Shown piece after piece: positions 29,313 to 39,527 of a stretch of 64,000 nt of DNA (positions within the stretch are counted from its first letter, which is position 1; each line of letters opens with the position of its first letter). Origin of the DNA: Planctomycetota bacterium (lineage in GTDB: Bacteria; Planctomycetota; UBA8108; SXIK01); NCBI GenBank assembly GCA_965223265.1, contig OZ244999.1, forward strand, positions 8,832,001 to 8,896,000. The letters are read 5' to 3'. The position numbers and the translations under genes are program-made. Under the pieces are notes generated by a model. That model worked only from the letters and a program-made list of their open reading frames with translations, was not told where the DNA came from and did not search any database.

Positions 29313-30428
29313 ATGATTCTCTATCAAGGGCTCTTGCGCTCGACTGCGAGTTGGGCGCGGGTCGGCCGCGGCTACATAGGCGCTCTGCTTTCCCGCGGCG
29401 TCGACGTCCGGGCGCTCCATGTGCGAGGGTTTCGTTACCAGGCCAGTTTTTCCGGGATCCCCACTGAACTCCAAGAGTATTCGCTCGATGCGGCGCGCGC
29501 GCTCTCAAACGTGGAAGTCGGCCTGGGTTTTCTGCAGCCGCCTCACGCGCATCGGATCCTCGGAGACCGTCGGGTGAACCTGTTCGTTTGGGAGGCCGAT
29601 CGTCTTCCACAGTCGTGGGTGGAGCTCCTCGAGAGAGACGTCGATTTGGTCCTCGTGCCCTCCCAATTCACGCGCGACGCGTATGTCAATTCAGGCGGCA
29701 GCGTGGATCGCGTTGCCATCGTGCCGTATGGCTTTTGTCAAACGGCCGCTGCCGGTTTCGGAGGGGTTTTTAAGCGACTGCACAACGACTCAGAGACCTT
29801 CACGTTTGCCGCGGTGATGGCACCCCACCGGCGTAAGGGCGTCGGTGAGCTTCTCGCTGCCTACCGCCGGGCTTTTAGCGACAGGGAGGGGGTCCGACTG
29901 ATCATCAAGACGACCTACGACCCCGGTCACGTCCGGCGTCGATTCCCTTTCGAAATCGCCTCGTGGGCACAGGAGATCGCACGTCATGGGCTTGAAGAAC
30001 CGGGCGCGCCGGCCGTCGCGGTGGAGATTGCGGCATTGAGCGACGAGGAGGTTCTCGCGTTCTTCGCAGCCGCGGACGTCGTCGTGCAGCCCTCCCATGG
30101 CGAGGCGTTTGGCTTGGCGATTCTCGAGGCGCAGGCCGTGGGCCGACCAGTGCTGACGAGTGATTGGGGCGGACAGTGCGATTTCACTCCGGCGGGGCCT
30201 GATCGATTGCCAACTCGGCTGCAACCGGCAGGTGCGGAGCTCTACGTCGAAGCGCCGGAGGCCCTCGCGGCGACCGTTGATGTTGATGCTCTCGCGCAGC
30301 GCATGCGGTGGCATTTCGACCATCGCGCTGCATCCGCAGAGCTAGGTGCTACTGCTCGTGCTGCTGTAGCCGTCTGGACGTGGGAGCGCGCTGCGCAGCA
30401 GCTTCTCGACACGCTTGTTACGTCGTAG
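29313..30428 (+). CDS. Glycosyltransferase family 4
   Basis: WE..RLP..W, VPSQF, RKG, PSHGEAFGLAILEA. Confidence 0.88.
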   Translation: MILYQGLLRSTASWARVGRGYIGALLSRGVDVRALHVRGFRYQASFSGIPTELQEYSLDAARALSNVEVGLGFLQPPHAHRILGDRRVNLFVWEADRLPQSWVELLERDVDLVLVPSQFTRDAYVNSGGSVDRVAIVPYGFCQTAAAGFGGVFKRLHNDSETFTFAAVMAPHRRKGVGELLAAYRRAFSDREGVRLIIKTTYDPGHVRRRFPFEIASWAQEIARHGLEEPGAPAVAVEIAALSDEEVLAFFAAADVVVQPSHGEAFGLAILEAQAVGRPVLTSDWGGQCDFTPAGPDRLPTRLQPAGAELYVEAPEALAATVDVDALAQRMRWHFDHRAASAELGATARAAVAVWTWERAAQQLLDTLVTS

Positions 30429-30441
30429 CCATTGTGCGGTG

Positions 30442-31362
30442 TTACGACCAAACGAAGATCTCGTCTTCGTCGCTGCTGTAGCCGATGAACGTCGCCAGGA
30501 CTACGCGCGGCTCCTCTCCCGCGAGTCCTGGTACTTCGTGAATGGCGCGTGTGTTGAAGAAGTAGAGATCTCCGGGATCGAGCATGACTCGGCAGCTCTC
30601 CACGTCGTGCTCGGCGGCGAATTCATGAAATGTTCCCGCCTCGAGATGCTCTTGAACTCCTGGCTCCCAGAGATAGCGGTGAATCTTTGATTGCGCGGTG
30701 GCGCCGTCGGCCTCAGCATTCTGCAGCACCAGTACGCCCGCGAACTGGTGCGCGAAACGGTACACGGAGAACGTCTCACGCTTTTCACGCAGTCGAACTG
30801 AATCGAAATGTGGCTTGTACGTGTAGGAGCCGTAGTGCGCCCGAAAGATCGCAGGTCCGTAGGTGCGCCCGTCCGGCTCGTAGGCAGTGACGGCTTTCTG
30901 GCGTCCGCCGCTGAGGTCGGTGAGCCGCTCGTAAATGACGTCCACCGGGCTTGGTACGTTCGCAAAGAGCTGCTCGAAGACTTCTCGGGTCTGTGCCGCA
31001 TGCGCAAAGAATGCCTCGGGGTTTGAGCCGCGATACCCGAGGCTGGTTCCGATGTCGAGTCGATGCTTTGCTGCTTTTGAGTCATCTGCCCAGGCGCGGC
31101 GCTCCGCGCTGCTGAGGCCTTCCCGATAGAATCCTTCGGGGATCGCTTCGCGCAGCAGATGGTCGGGCGGCGGCCCCGCCGGGTTGTAGAGAAAGCCCGC
31201 GGCGATGAGTCGCTCGATGAGCTCGGCGCAGAGGTGCGGTGGATACGCCTGACGAAAGATCACTGCTGGGAAGTCGCCGTTCGCGAGTGCATCGAGAGGC
31301 CGCGGCGAGGCGCGGAGTGCCGCGGCGAGGTCTGGCTCAATCGGGGTCCACGCGTTCTTCAT
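30442..31362 (-). CDS. Putative 2OG-Fe(II) oxygenase-like protein
   Basis: HFD (HxD) followed by GDLYFFN..AIHEV and a downstream Arg; ATG 31362 follows GGAGAG. Confidence 0.6.
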   Translation of the reverse strand: MKNAWTPIEPDLAAALRASPRPLDALANGDFPAVIFRQAYPPHLCAELIERLIAAGFLYNPAGPPPDHLLREAIPEGFYREGLSSAERRAWADDSKAAKHRLDIGTSLGYRGSNPEAFFAHAAQTREVFEQLFANVPSPVDVIYERLTDLSGGRQKAVTAYEPDGRTYGPAIFRAHYGSYTYKPHFDSVRLREKRETFSVYRFAHQFAGVLVLQNAEADGATAQSKIHRYLWEPGVQEHLEAGTFHEFAAEHDVESCRVMLDPGDLYFFNTRAIHEVPGLAGEEPRVVLATFIGYSSDEDEIFVWS

Positions 31363-31544
31363 CTCGTGTCTCTCCGGGGGAGTCGTCGTCACAGAGGCAC
31401 TTCTTCGGAGGCTGCTCAGGGCAGTATCTCCAATGCCTGTAAACAATGGCGAGCAAAAACGGCGCGAAGCTCACGCGGCGAGTTGAGCTTTGTCCGTCGC
31501 GCGCAAGCGGGGCGGTCCTCGTGGCTCTCCGCTCGATGCTCGGA

Positions 31545-32843
31545 TCACGTCGGCAAATGGTCGAAGAGCGTGATCCCCAGCGAGCCAAAGAGGAGCACCG
31601 GCAGCCATGCAGCCAGCAGTGGACTAAAGATCTCCGAGTGGTTTGCCACGTTCATGGAGATTGAGCTGACGAGGTGAAACAGCGCACAGATCAGGAAGCT
31701 GGCGGCGATTGACACGAGAAGGTTTCGATTGCGTACATTCAGGGTGAAGGGGATGCCCAAGAGCAACAGGATCAGGTGGGAGAGCGGAAACGCAAAGTGA
31801 TGGTGCAGTTTCACCGCCAAGTGTCGGTGATGCGGCTGGCGCTGATACTGAACGCTGAGTTCCTTCCACGACAGATACGTCAGGTCGATGTCGCTCGTCT
31901 CAAGGTCGATCGGCCTGACGCTCGTCTCGAGTTTGTAACGTTTGTAGAGCGATTTGAGGCGTTCAAACGTGTTCGCGCTCGTGTTGACGAGCAAGTTGCC
32001 GTCTTGGTCCCACCGCTGGATGGAAGCGTCGTGGAGCAGCCATTCTCCAGACTCGCCTGAGGGCGAGGGTTGCCACACCATCTGGTGCGCGTCGATGCGA
32101 CGAGCCGGCTTGCCGTCGGGGTAGCGCTCGAGAACGTACACTTCGCGCGCGACCTTCTTCGTGGTCGAGTATTCTGCTGCACCGATGACGTAGTTGTTTT
32201 TGTGGTCGTGGCAAAGGAGGTTGTTCAGAGGTCGGCCGCGTGCGAGAGCGACGGCGTCGCGAATCGGCTCCTTGAACGACGGTAGGACCGACTCCTGAAG
32301 GTAGAACGTGAGCCCGCCGAGACAGAGCGATAGCGCAAAGATCGGGGCGCAGAATCGGTAGATGCTGACACCCGCCGCCTTGATCGGGGTGATTTCGTTT
32401 TGCCGCACCAGCGTTGTCATCGTGAACATGGCGGCGGCCAGAGTGATGACTGGGCCAAGATAGTTGACGTAAACGGTCGGCACCATCGCCGCGTTGTACT
32501 GTAGGAGAGCGACGAGGAGGTTCGTGTCTTGACGCAGGAATCGGTCGAGTTTCGAGAACGCCTCGACGATCACGAAGAGCCCGAGGAACGAGATCCCGCA
32601 GACGACGTAGGCGCTCAAGAAAAGACGTGCTACATAGAAGTCGAGAGTTCGCAACTTCCACGGCCCGAAGCGCCGCCGTCGCCGACTCGTTGTGCGGCGG
32701 CGAAGAAGCGCCGACCGAATTCGCGAATCGCCTCTGCCGCCTTTTCTCGATGACGACGGCGGCACCGCAGGCGCGGCATCGCCGTGTTGGCGACGCTCTC
32801 GAGACGGTCGGGGAGCTTCAGAGTTCTTCGTTCGAAGGCGCAT
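31545..32843 (-). CDS. LptF/LptG (YjgP/YjgQ) LPS export permease, LptG-like
   Basis: LDFYV, NEITPIKAAGVS, AFPLS..L.LLGIPF, LAAWLP. The true start may be downstream of 32843. Confidence 0.88.
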   Translation of the reverse strand: MRLRTKNSEAPRPSRERRQHGDAAPAVPPSSSRKGGRGDSRIRSALLRRRTTSRRRRRFGPWKLRTLDFYVARLFLSAYVVCGISFLGLFVIVEAFSKLDRFLRQDTNLLVALLQYNAAMVPTVYVNYLGPVITLAAAMFTMTTLVRQNEITPIKAAGVSIYRFCAPIFALSLCLGGLTFYLQESVLPSFKEPIRDAVALARGRPLNNLLCHDHKNNYVIGAAEYSTTKKVAREVYVLERYPDGKPARRIDAHQMVWQPSPSGESGEWLLHDASIQRWDQDGNLLVNTSANTFERLKSLYKRYKLETSVRPIDLETSDIDLTYLSWKELSVQYQRQPHHRHLAVKLHHHFAFPLSHLILLLLGIPFTLNVRNRNLLVSIAASFLICALFHLVSSISMNVANHSEIFSPLLAAWLPVLLFGSLGITLFDHLPT

Positions 32844-32861
32844 CGAAACCCTCGTGCGAGG

Positions 32862-34904
32862 CTATTGCTTGAGAACGCGACGGGTCAGAAAGATTCCCAG
32901 GACGAGGAGAGCGACGTTTGGAAGCGCTAGCGCCGCGGGCGGAAACCAACCCGCATCGCCCAGCGAGACGCCGACCATGAGCAGGGGATAGTAGACGACG
33001 ATGATGACAAGGTTGCCGACGAAGAAAGGGATCAAGCGACTCTTACGGTGGAGGAGCAGAGCCAACGAGACGCCGACCAGCGGAAAACTGAGGCACGACA
33101 AAGTGAACGCCATACGGCGGTGCCACTCGGTGCGCACGGTTTGGTAGCGCGACCAGAGAGCCGCAGCGCTGTCTTTTCCCACAGCGGTTCCGTCACTGAA
33201 GGAGGCCGGCACGATGCGTGCGCTGCGCGTCGTCGCCATCTCCGCTTCTTTCTCGACCGCCCGCGCATACAGTTCATCGAGATGCTGCAGGAGATCGGGG
33301 TTGGTGCGGTCTTTCGTGCCCGGTCGTTTGTGGCCAAGGCTAAGAGGAACGACAACGGCGTCCGAGATTTCGATACGCTGGTGAAACTTTGAGTTGGCGA
33401 TGGGGGCGCCACGAACGGTTTCAGGCACCAGGATCACGAGGCTACGCAGAGTCAGAAGCAGCGTCTGACTTTCTTCATGCATTTCCAGACTGCCTTCGCG
33501 GGCGAAAATCGAGACGACCTTCGGAAGGTCGTGTGGCAGATGCTTGCGCAGGATGGGGGTCAAGCTGGAGCGCTCAGGAGCGACCAGCTCAATGTGAATC
33601 TTGCGCAGTTCGGTGCCGCGATAGGCGCCGATGACGAGGCGTCCGTGGCTCGGCAACTCGACGCGGTGCTCCAGTCCAGAGCCGAGGTTTTGCAGTTGCC
33701 GAACCACGTACCTGTGCAGGTTGCGTTTTTCGTAGTGGATCTCTGGCACGACCCAGCCGTTTAAGTAGTAGGACGCGCCAGCCATCGCGCAACCAAGAAG
33801 CAGCACTGGAGCGAAGATGTGAGCATGCGAAACACCGTGAGTGCGCAGCGCAGTGATCTCCAGGTCGCTCACGAGCCGACCGATGACGAGCGTGATGGCG
33901 ATCAGGAACGAAATCGGAATCGAATAGTAAAGCGGGTACGCGCAAGTCTTGACGATCAAAGGCCAAATCACGCCGAGCTGAATGCCGCTGCGAACCGTCT
34001 GAAACGCGACGAATACGGTGTAGAGGAGCGAGACCGCGAGGTTGGCGAGCAGGAAGACGCGGAGGATCTCCGTACCGATATAGCGATAGACGGTCCACGG
34101 CACTGGTGGGCGCCACCACGGAGTGCGGCGAAAGACCCCCGGAGCGGTGTAGAGGGGTGAATGAAATCGTTCTCGGCGCGCGATGGCGTGCGGTTTCGGT
34201 GGCTGCGCCTTTCCTTCTGCGCGCGGTCGTGGCTCTGAGGCTGATTCCGGCCGCGACTCAGAGCTGGTCGCGCGGTCAGTAGGCCGCGCGAGCGCCGACG
34301 AGTTCGAGCGACTCTGTTCTTGCGTCGATCCGTCCGCGCTGTCGGACGCGGTGGACTGACCGGCCACCATCGCGCTGCCTTCAACCGCAGACCGTCCGGG
34401 GCGTGCCGGAGCCCCAGATTTGGCTGCGCTTCGCGAGCTGTCGTCTGCTCGCGCCGAGCGCCGCACCGGTGCGCCTTTGCCGCGCGCGCTCTCCTCACCC
34501 TTCTCCCGGGCCGCATCGCGCTTTCGCTTTTCCACTGCCGATGCGGAGGCGGCAGTGGCAGACTCCGCCGTGCGCTTGCGGGTCGCTCGCGACTTCGATG
34601 CCGCTGCCGTGGCAGACGACGTCGTCCCCGAGCGTACGCGACGCGTTGTGGACTTCGCGGATGACGCTGCGATCCGGCGCGTGCCGGCGTTCTTGCGATC
34701 CCTCGTCTCCGATCGCTGCTTTGGATTGCCGGCAGATCGAGTCGAGCCCGCAGCTGCCGCATTCGATGGCGCATCGCTCTGGACGTCACTTCGGATGTCG
34801 CTTCCGTCGCTCCGGACGTCATTCCGAACGTCACTGCGAACGTCACTCCGGATGTCGCTGCGACCCGGCTGCTGTTTTCGCCGGAGAAGAGGTGGCTTCT
34901 CCAC
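32862..34904 (-). CDS. LptF/LptG permease, LptF-like, with a long low-complexity N-terminal extension
   Basis: YRYI..E, IPISFL, GRLVSDLEITALRTHGVS, EWHRRMAF, LPNV. Start uncertain. Confidence 0.85.
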   Translation of the reverse strand: MEKPPLLRRKQQPGRSDIRSDVRSDVRNDVRSDGSDIRSDVQSDAPSNAAAAGSTRSAGNPKQRSETRDRKNAGTRRIAASSAKSTTRRVRSGTTSSATAAASKSRATRKRTAESATAASASAVEKRKRDAAREKGEESARGKGAPVRRSARADDSSRSAAKSGAPARPGRSAVEGSAMVAGQSTASDSADGSTQEQSRSNSSALARPTDRATSSESRPESASEPRPRAEGKAQPPKPHAIARRERFHSPLYTAPGVFRRTPWWRPPVPWTVYRYIGTEILRVFLLANLAVSLLYTVFVAFQTVRSGIQLGVIWPLIVKTCAYPLYYSIPISFLIAITLVIGRLVSDLEITALRTHGVSHAHIFAPVLLLGCAMAGASYYLNGWVVPEIHYEKRNLHRYVVRQLQNLGSGLEHRVELPSHGRLVIGAYRGTELRKIHIELVAPERSSLTPILRKHLPHDLPKVVSIFAREGSLEMHEESQTLLLTLRSLVILVPETVRGAPIANSKFHQRIEISDAVVVPLSLGHKRPGTKDRTNPDLLQHLDELYARAVEKEAEMATTRSARIVPASFSDGTAVGKDSAAALWSRYQTVRTEWHRRMAFTLSCLSFPLVGVSLALLLHRKSRLIPFFVGNLVIIVVYYPLLMVGVSLGDAGWFPPAALALPNVALLVLGIFLTRRVLKQ

Positions 34905-35315
34905 GCGAGCTCCTCTCTGCGCACGTCGGCGCGCGCTCGATCGACCCAGACCACGTCTGAGCCGTTTTTCCTCTTCGAATTCTCTTCCAACGCCAGACGT
35001 CGTCTGACGGGCGAGACCGTAGCAACACGTTCGTCAACACTGTCCGGATCTCAGGTCCGGAGGTGAGACCGTGATCAACTAGGTGCCGCTTCGCGCTGCG
35101 ATGCCGCTCGTGTGCGGGATCTCGGCCGGGGCCGTGGGATGCCGCCGAAGAGAAAACATCGACGCACGCGCGATCTTCGCTTTTTCGATCGGTCTCATCT
35201 TAGAAGGGGTCGATCCGAAGTCAATTAAGCGCTGGGGAAAAAACTTATCGTCAGCCGGCGACGGTCGTGGGGGCTTTCTGCGTGCGTCGTGCCTGGCTCG
35301 CAGCTGAAGTGGACT

Positions 35316-36122
35316 TCATGTTGGAGTCTTGCGGCTGTGGTAGGCGCGCACCTGCGTCAAAAATGCCCGCGCGGCAGACTCAGTCTTTACTTCGTCCTCG
35401 TCCACAACGGGAAGCTCCGGCCAAAGACGACGCACATTGGCAGCGAACAGCCCAGCGATCTGGCCGCTCACGATCCACTCAGGTTCTTCCCCGCAAGCCT
35501 TGAACACGTCGACGCCGCGCACACCACAGCTCGGGGAGCGGCTCTTGAAGACCCAGCCACTGACGCCAGCGCGCCTCAGCGCCGCGGCTTGGTCGGCGGC
35601 GAATCGGTCCATTTCGTCCGTCCAGTCGCGTCCGCTGCGCACGCCGACGAGGCGTGGCTGGCTGGAGGACGACGTCGCCTGCCACTCGAGACGTACGGGC
35701 TCACGCGGCACGCCCATGCCGACACCGACCTCAGGGCAGATCGGAACCCACTCGACGTCGCCGGCGAGCGCTTCGAGCAGGACGGGCGCCTTTTTGTCAC
35801 GGCCGTCGTAGCGAACGGGTTCGCCGGCAAGGCAGCTCGAGATCGCGATGCGGACGCAGGCGCTTGAGTCACCGCCGCCCTCCGATCTGGCTGGCGCGCT
35901 GCCGGTCCAATCGTCGTTCGGCCGCCTCCGGGGGCTGCCGGCGGTCAATGGGCCGCCTTGCCGAGCATCGCCGTGAACATCATCGTGAGTTTCAACGTCA
36001 TAGTCACTGTGAGAATCGTTCTGAGGACGGCCCGGACGAGTGCTCCGAGAACCGCGCCGAGCGTCACCCCGAGCACCATTCCCAGAGTCGCCGCGATGGT
36101 CGTTGTGGCGGTCGCTCTGCAA
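35316..36122 (-). CDS. DUF523 / 2-thiouracil desulfurase family protein
   Basis: ISSCLAGEPVRYDG, ICPEV..GMGVPREP, FKSRSPSCG. The N-terminal ~85 aa are low complexity, so the start is uncertain. Confidence 0.88.
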   Translation of the reverse strand: MQSDRHNDHRGDSGNGARGDARRGSRSTRPGRPQNDSHSDYDVETHDDVHGDARQGGPLTAGSPRRRPNDDWTGSAPARSEGGGDSSACVRIAISSCLAGEPVRYDGRDKKAPVLLEALAGDVEWVPICPEVGVGMGVPREPVRLEWQATSSSSQPRLVGVRSGRDWTDEMDRFAADQAAALRRAGVSGWVFKSRSPSCGVRGVDVFKACGEEPEWIVSGQIAGLFAANVRRLWPELPVVDEDEVKTESAARAFLTQVRAYHSRKTPT

Positions 36123-36321
36123 TCTGGCGCATCCACTTCGGACTGTTTACAATCCACCCCTCGACGGCGGGATCAACGGCGTTCTTAACGAAAAGCGTTC
36201 CTGGCATCGCCTTTGGCGTACGTGTTCAGGCGGGCGAGCATGACGCGGACAGACGCGGAACGCGACCATCCCCGACTGCGAACATTCTATCCGACAACGA
36301 TGATCAGAAGGAGTCTTTGAC

Positions 36322-37173
36322 ATGTCGAAGCCTGAGCTCCGGCGCCCCGCGAGAAGGATCCGACGGTTCGTGTTGAGTTTTCTGTTTGCCCTTAGCGTCC
36401 TTGCGACGCTGACCGGGTGCCTGACTGAACCGATCACCGGCCGCAGGCAGCTGATCTTGGTGAGCGATGCGCAGGCGAATGAGATGGGCGTTCAGGCGTA
36501 TCAGCAAATCCTGGGCGAAGCGAAACTGAGCACCAACAGTGCTGACAACGACCTCGTGCGACGCGTCGGCGAACGCATCGCCGCCGTGGTTGACGAGAAG
36601 ATGGCGGGAGAGGAGAATCGCGAGCCGTTTCAGTGGGAATTCAAAGTCGTCGACGATCCGAACATGGTCAACGCTTTCGCGCTGCCGGGCGGCAAGGTGG
36701 CATTCTACTCCGGCATTCTGCCGATCTGCCAAGGCGAAAACGGTGTCGCTGTCGTCATGGGGCACGAGGTCGCGCACGCCTACGCGCGTCATGGGGCATC
36801 GCGCGTGAGTACGAACGTGATCAGTCAAGTCTCGCTCGAGGTTGCGATGGCAGCACTCGGTGGCGATGGGGCTTCGGAGACGGCGAAGCTCACCATGGCT
36901 GCGCTCGGCGTCGGCTATCAACTGGGTGTGCAGTTGCCGTTTTCGCGCGGCGACGAGTCTGCGGCCGACGAGATCGGTCTCATGGTCATGGCCGAAGCGG
37001 GCTACGACCCGCGTGAGGCGGTTCGTTTCTGGACCCGCATGTCCGAGGCAAGTGGCGGCCAAGCGCCTCCTGAGTTTATGTCGACGCACCCTGGCCACGA
37101 GACACGCGTAAGCCAGCTCCAAGAGCTCATGCCGCGGGCGATGGAGATCTACGAGAAGAACCGACGCGACTAG
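36322..37173 (+). CDS. M48 family metallopeptidase lipoprotein
   Basis: Lipobox LTGC, TGRRQL, NAFALPGG, HEVAH, FSR..ESAAD, FMSTHP. Confidence 0.93.
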   Translation: MSKPELRRPARRIRRFVLSFLFALSVLATLTGCLTEPITGRRQLILVSDAQANEMGVQAYQQILGEAKLSTNSADNDLVRRVGERIAAVVDEKMAGEENREPFQWEFKVVDDPNMVNAFALPGGKVAFYSGILPICQGENGVAVVMGHEVAHAYARHGASRVSTNVISQVSLEVAMAALGGDGASETAKLTMAALGVGYQLGVQLPFSRGDESAADEIGLMVMAEAGYDPREAVRFWTRMSEASGGQAPPEFMSTHPGHETRVSQLQELMPRAMEIYEKNRRD

Positions 37174-37251
37174 CGGTTCGCCGTGTCGGATTTCGTGTCG
37201 GTGCCCTTCGCATAGGACGCGGCCGATCGTGGGTCCGCGTTTGATTCCGGG

Positions 37252-37512
37252 ACGGTGAGCGTGGGGTGAGCGAGTGCGTGTGCGTCTCCCAAAGTAGCAG
37301 GCACACGCCGTGCCGTCCGTCCGTGACCGTGAGCGTGAGCGTGACCGTGAGCGTGACCGTGAGCGTGAGTTGCGACGGCCGTTCTTAAAAGGTTCACAAC
37401 CTCTCCGTGTGCCGTCCGGGCGTCGGTTCAAGAGGTCAGAAGAAGAGTTGAACAAAAGGAAACGAAGTCAACGAAGGGCGGCCGTCCGAAGTATGTGCGT
37501 GTGCGTGGGCGT
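37252..37512. repeat. Composite REP / hexamer / terminal-module repeat
   Basis: REP at 37291, (CGTGAS)n at 37322-37369, terminal module to 37403, REP right half at 37404-37417, and a 62-bp block at 37426-37487 shared with 63664-63725. Confidence 0.9.
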
Positions 37513-37514
37513 GC

Positions 37515-39245
37515 TCAGTATCCCGCCGCGCCGCCGCCGCGGCGGCGGTCGACTCCGGCGTGCAAGACGTCTCGGCCGGCAGCCGCGTCGTGGTGCGTGC
37601 CGATGGCCATCACCGATCCTTGGCCGCCGCGGCGGACTGTCAGCTGATGGCCCATGGCCTCCAGCGCCTGCCACGTGTCGCGCGAGAAGCACCAGCGCTC
37701 ACCGACGATCTTGTCCGGCAGCCACTGATGGTGGAAGCGCGGTGCGTCAACGGCCTCTTGGAGCGACATGCCATAGTCGACGCGGTTCAGGATCACCAAG
37801 AGGACGCTGTTGATGATCGTGCGGCCGCCCGGGCTGCCGACGGCGAGCTGCAGGTGGCCGTCCTTCGCCAAGATCGTCGGGCTCATGCTCGAAAGCATGC
37901 GTTTGCGCGGCGCGACGGTGTTCGCCGCCGTGCCGATGCGGCCGCTTGCCGTGGTCTCGCCCGGCACCGGATTGAAGTCACCCATCTCGTTATTGAGGAG
38001 AAAGCCAGCGCCCGGTACGACGATGCGGCAGCCGTAGGAGCGCTCGAGCGTCGTCGTCAGCGCGACAGCCATACGCTGTGAGTCGACGACGGAGAGGTGG
38101 GTTGTCTCCGTGCCCTCCTGCGGCCATGTGAACGCTTCCGGCGACGACACCGACGCCTGCGCCGCAGAGATCGACCGCCTGAGAGTCTGAGCGTACTTCT
38201 TGCTGGTCAGACGAGAGATGGGGACGTCGACAAAGTCTGGATCGGCAACGTAGCGGGCTCGATCTGCGAACGCGCGTCGCATCGCTTCGACGACCAAGTG
38301 CGTTGCCGCCGCGCTCCGCAGTCCAAGCGAGGCGAGGTCGTCGTGCTCGAGGATGTTGAGCATCTGTACGAGCGCGATGCCGCCGGAGCTTGGCGGTCCC
38401 ATGGCGAGCACGTCGTAGCCGCGGTAGCTGCCCCGCAGCGGCTCGCGTTCGACGGCGCGGTAGCTCGCGAGGTCTTCCTTTGAGATCATGCCGCCGCGTC
38501 GCTCCATCTCTTCGACGATGAGGCGTGCGGTTTCGCCGCCATAGAAACCCGCCGCGCCGTGATCGCGAATGCGCTCGAGTGTCTTTGCGAGGTCGAGCTG
38601 CACGAGAAGTTCACCGGCGCGATACGGCGCCCCGTTTTTGGTGAACTGCGCCTTCGAGGCCTCGTACTTTGTGAGTTCGGGCAAAACGCTTCGGAGAGAC
38701 GCGGCGAGCGACTGAGGAATCACGAACCCGTCGCGCGCCAATCGCACTGCCGGCTCGACGAGGTCTCGCCACGGAAGGACTCCTAGACGCTCATGCGCGA
38801 GTACCAAACCGGCGACACTTCCCGGCACGCCGACACTCAGAATGCTCCAGTGATGGCGCTGGGGGTCGTACACTCCAGCGGCATTGAGAAACATATGATC
38901 GTGGGCGCGGTTCGGTGCCGTCTCGCGAAAATCGAACGTCGTCGCGCTGCCGTCTGCGAGCCGCACGACCATGAAGCCGCCGCCGCCGATGTTGCCTGCA
39001 GTCGGGTGGGTCACCGCCAACGCGAACGCGGTTGCCACCGCGGCGTCGACGGCGTTGCCGCCCTTCATGAGAGTCGCAAGGCCAACGTAGGACGCAAAAG
39101 ACGACTCGCTGGCGATGACGCCGCGAGCGTAGCTCTCCGACCAGACCGGCGACTGCGGGCGTGCTGCGCTCGGGAAGACGACGACGAGCGCTGAAACCAG
39201 CGCGGAGCTCAGCAATTGTCGGAGCCGAAAAAGTCTCCTGTCCAT
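37515..39245 (-). CDS. ggt: Gamma-glutamyltransferase
   Basis: GGNAVDAAVATAFALAV, GNIGGGGF, DFRETAP, PPSSGG, ETTHLSV, LLNNEMGDF, RMLSSMSPT, GSPGG. Confidence 0.96.
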   Translation of the reverse strand: MDRRLFRLRQLLSSALVSALVVVFPSAARPQSPVWSESYARGVIASESSFASYVGLATLMKGGNAVDAAVATAFALAVTHPTAGNIGGGGFMVVRLADGSATTFDFRETAPNRAHDHMFLNAAGVYDPQRHHWSILSVGVPGSVAGLVLAHERLGVLPWRDLVEPAVRLARDGFVIPQSLAASLRSVLPELTKYEASKAQFTKNGAPYRAGELLVQLDLAKTLERIRDHGAAGFYGGETARLIVEEMERRGGMISKEDLASYRAVEREPLRGSYRGYDVLAMGPPSSGGIALVQMLNILEHDDLASLGLRSAAATHLVVEAMRRAFADRARYVADPDFVDVPISRLTSKKYAQTLRRSISAAQASVSSPEAFTWPQEGTETTHLSVVDSQRMAVALTTTLERSYGCRIVVPGAGFLLNNEMGDFNPVPGETTASGRIGTAANTVAPRKRMLSSMSPTILAKDGHLQLAVGSPGGRTIINSVLLVILNRVDYGMSLQEAVDAPRFHHQWLPDKIVGERWCFSRDTWQALEAMGHQLTVRRGGQGSVMAIGTHHDAAAGRDVLHAGVDRRRGGGAAGY

Positions 39246-39338
39246 CGCCTAGGATCCTCTCCCCTTCAGGTGTGCGCTGCAGCCACCGAAGCGCTCAGCG
39301 TTCCTAAACGTAACTTCGAGTGGCGAATGCGGCGCACC

Positions 39339-39414
39339 AAAGTAGCAGGCACACTCCCGTGTGCCGTCCGATTTTTGCTCAGACTACGGCACACAGGAGT
39401 GTGCCGGCTACCTT
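39339..39414. repeat. REPIN-like inverted REP pair
   Basis: GTAGCAGGCACACTCCCGTGTGCCGT, about 20 nt spacer, then ACGGCACACAGGAGTGTGCCGGCTAC. Confidence 0.88.
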
Positions 39415-39527
39415 CCGGACAGGAGTTTTGAACACGCACACTGAATCCCGGTCAACTGGTCTGGCCAGCCGACCCAAAATGGCCAAGCCCATGGCTTCGC
39501 GTTTGCCCGTAGTTGTCCTTATGCGAG

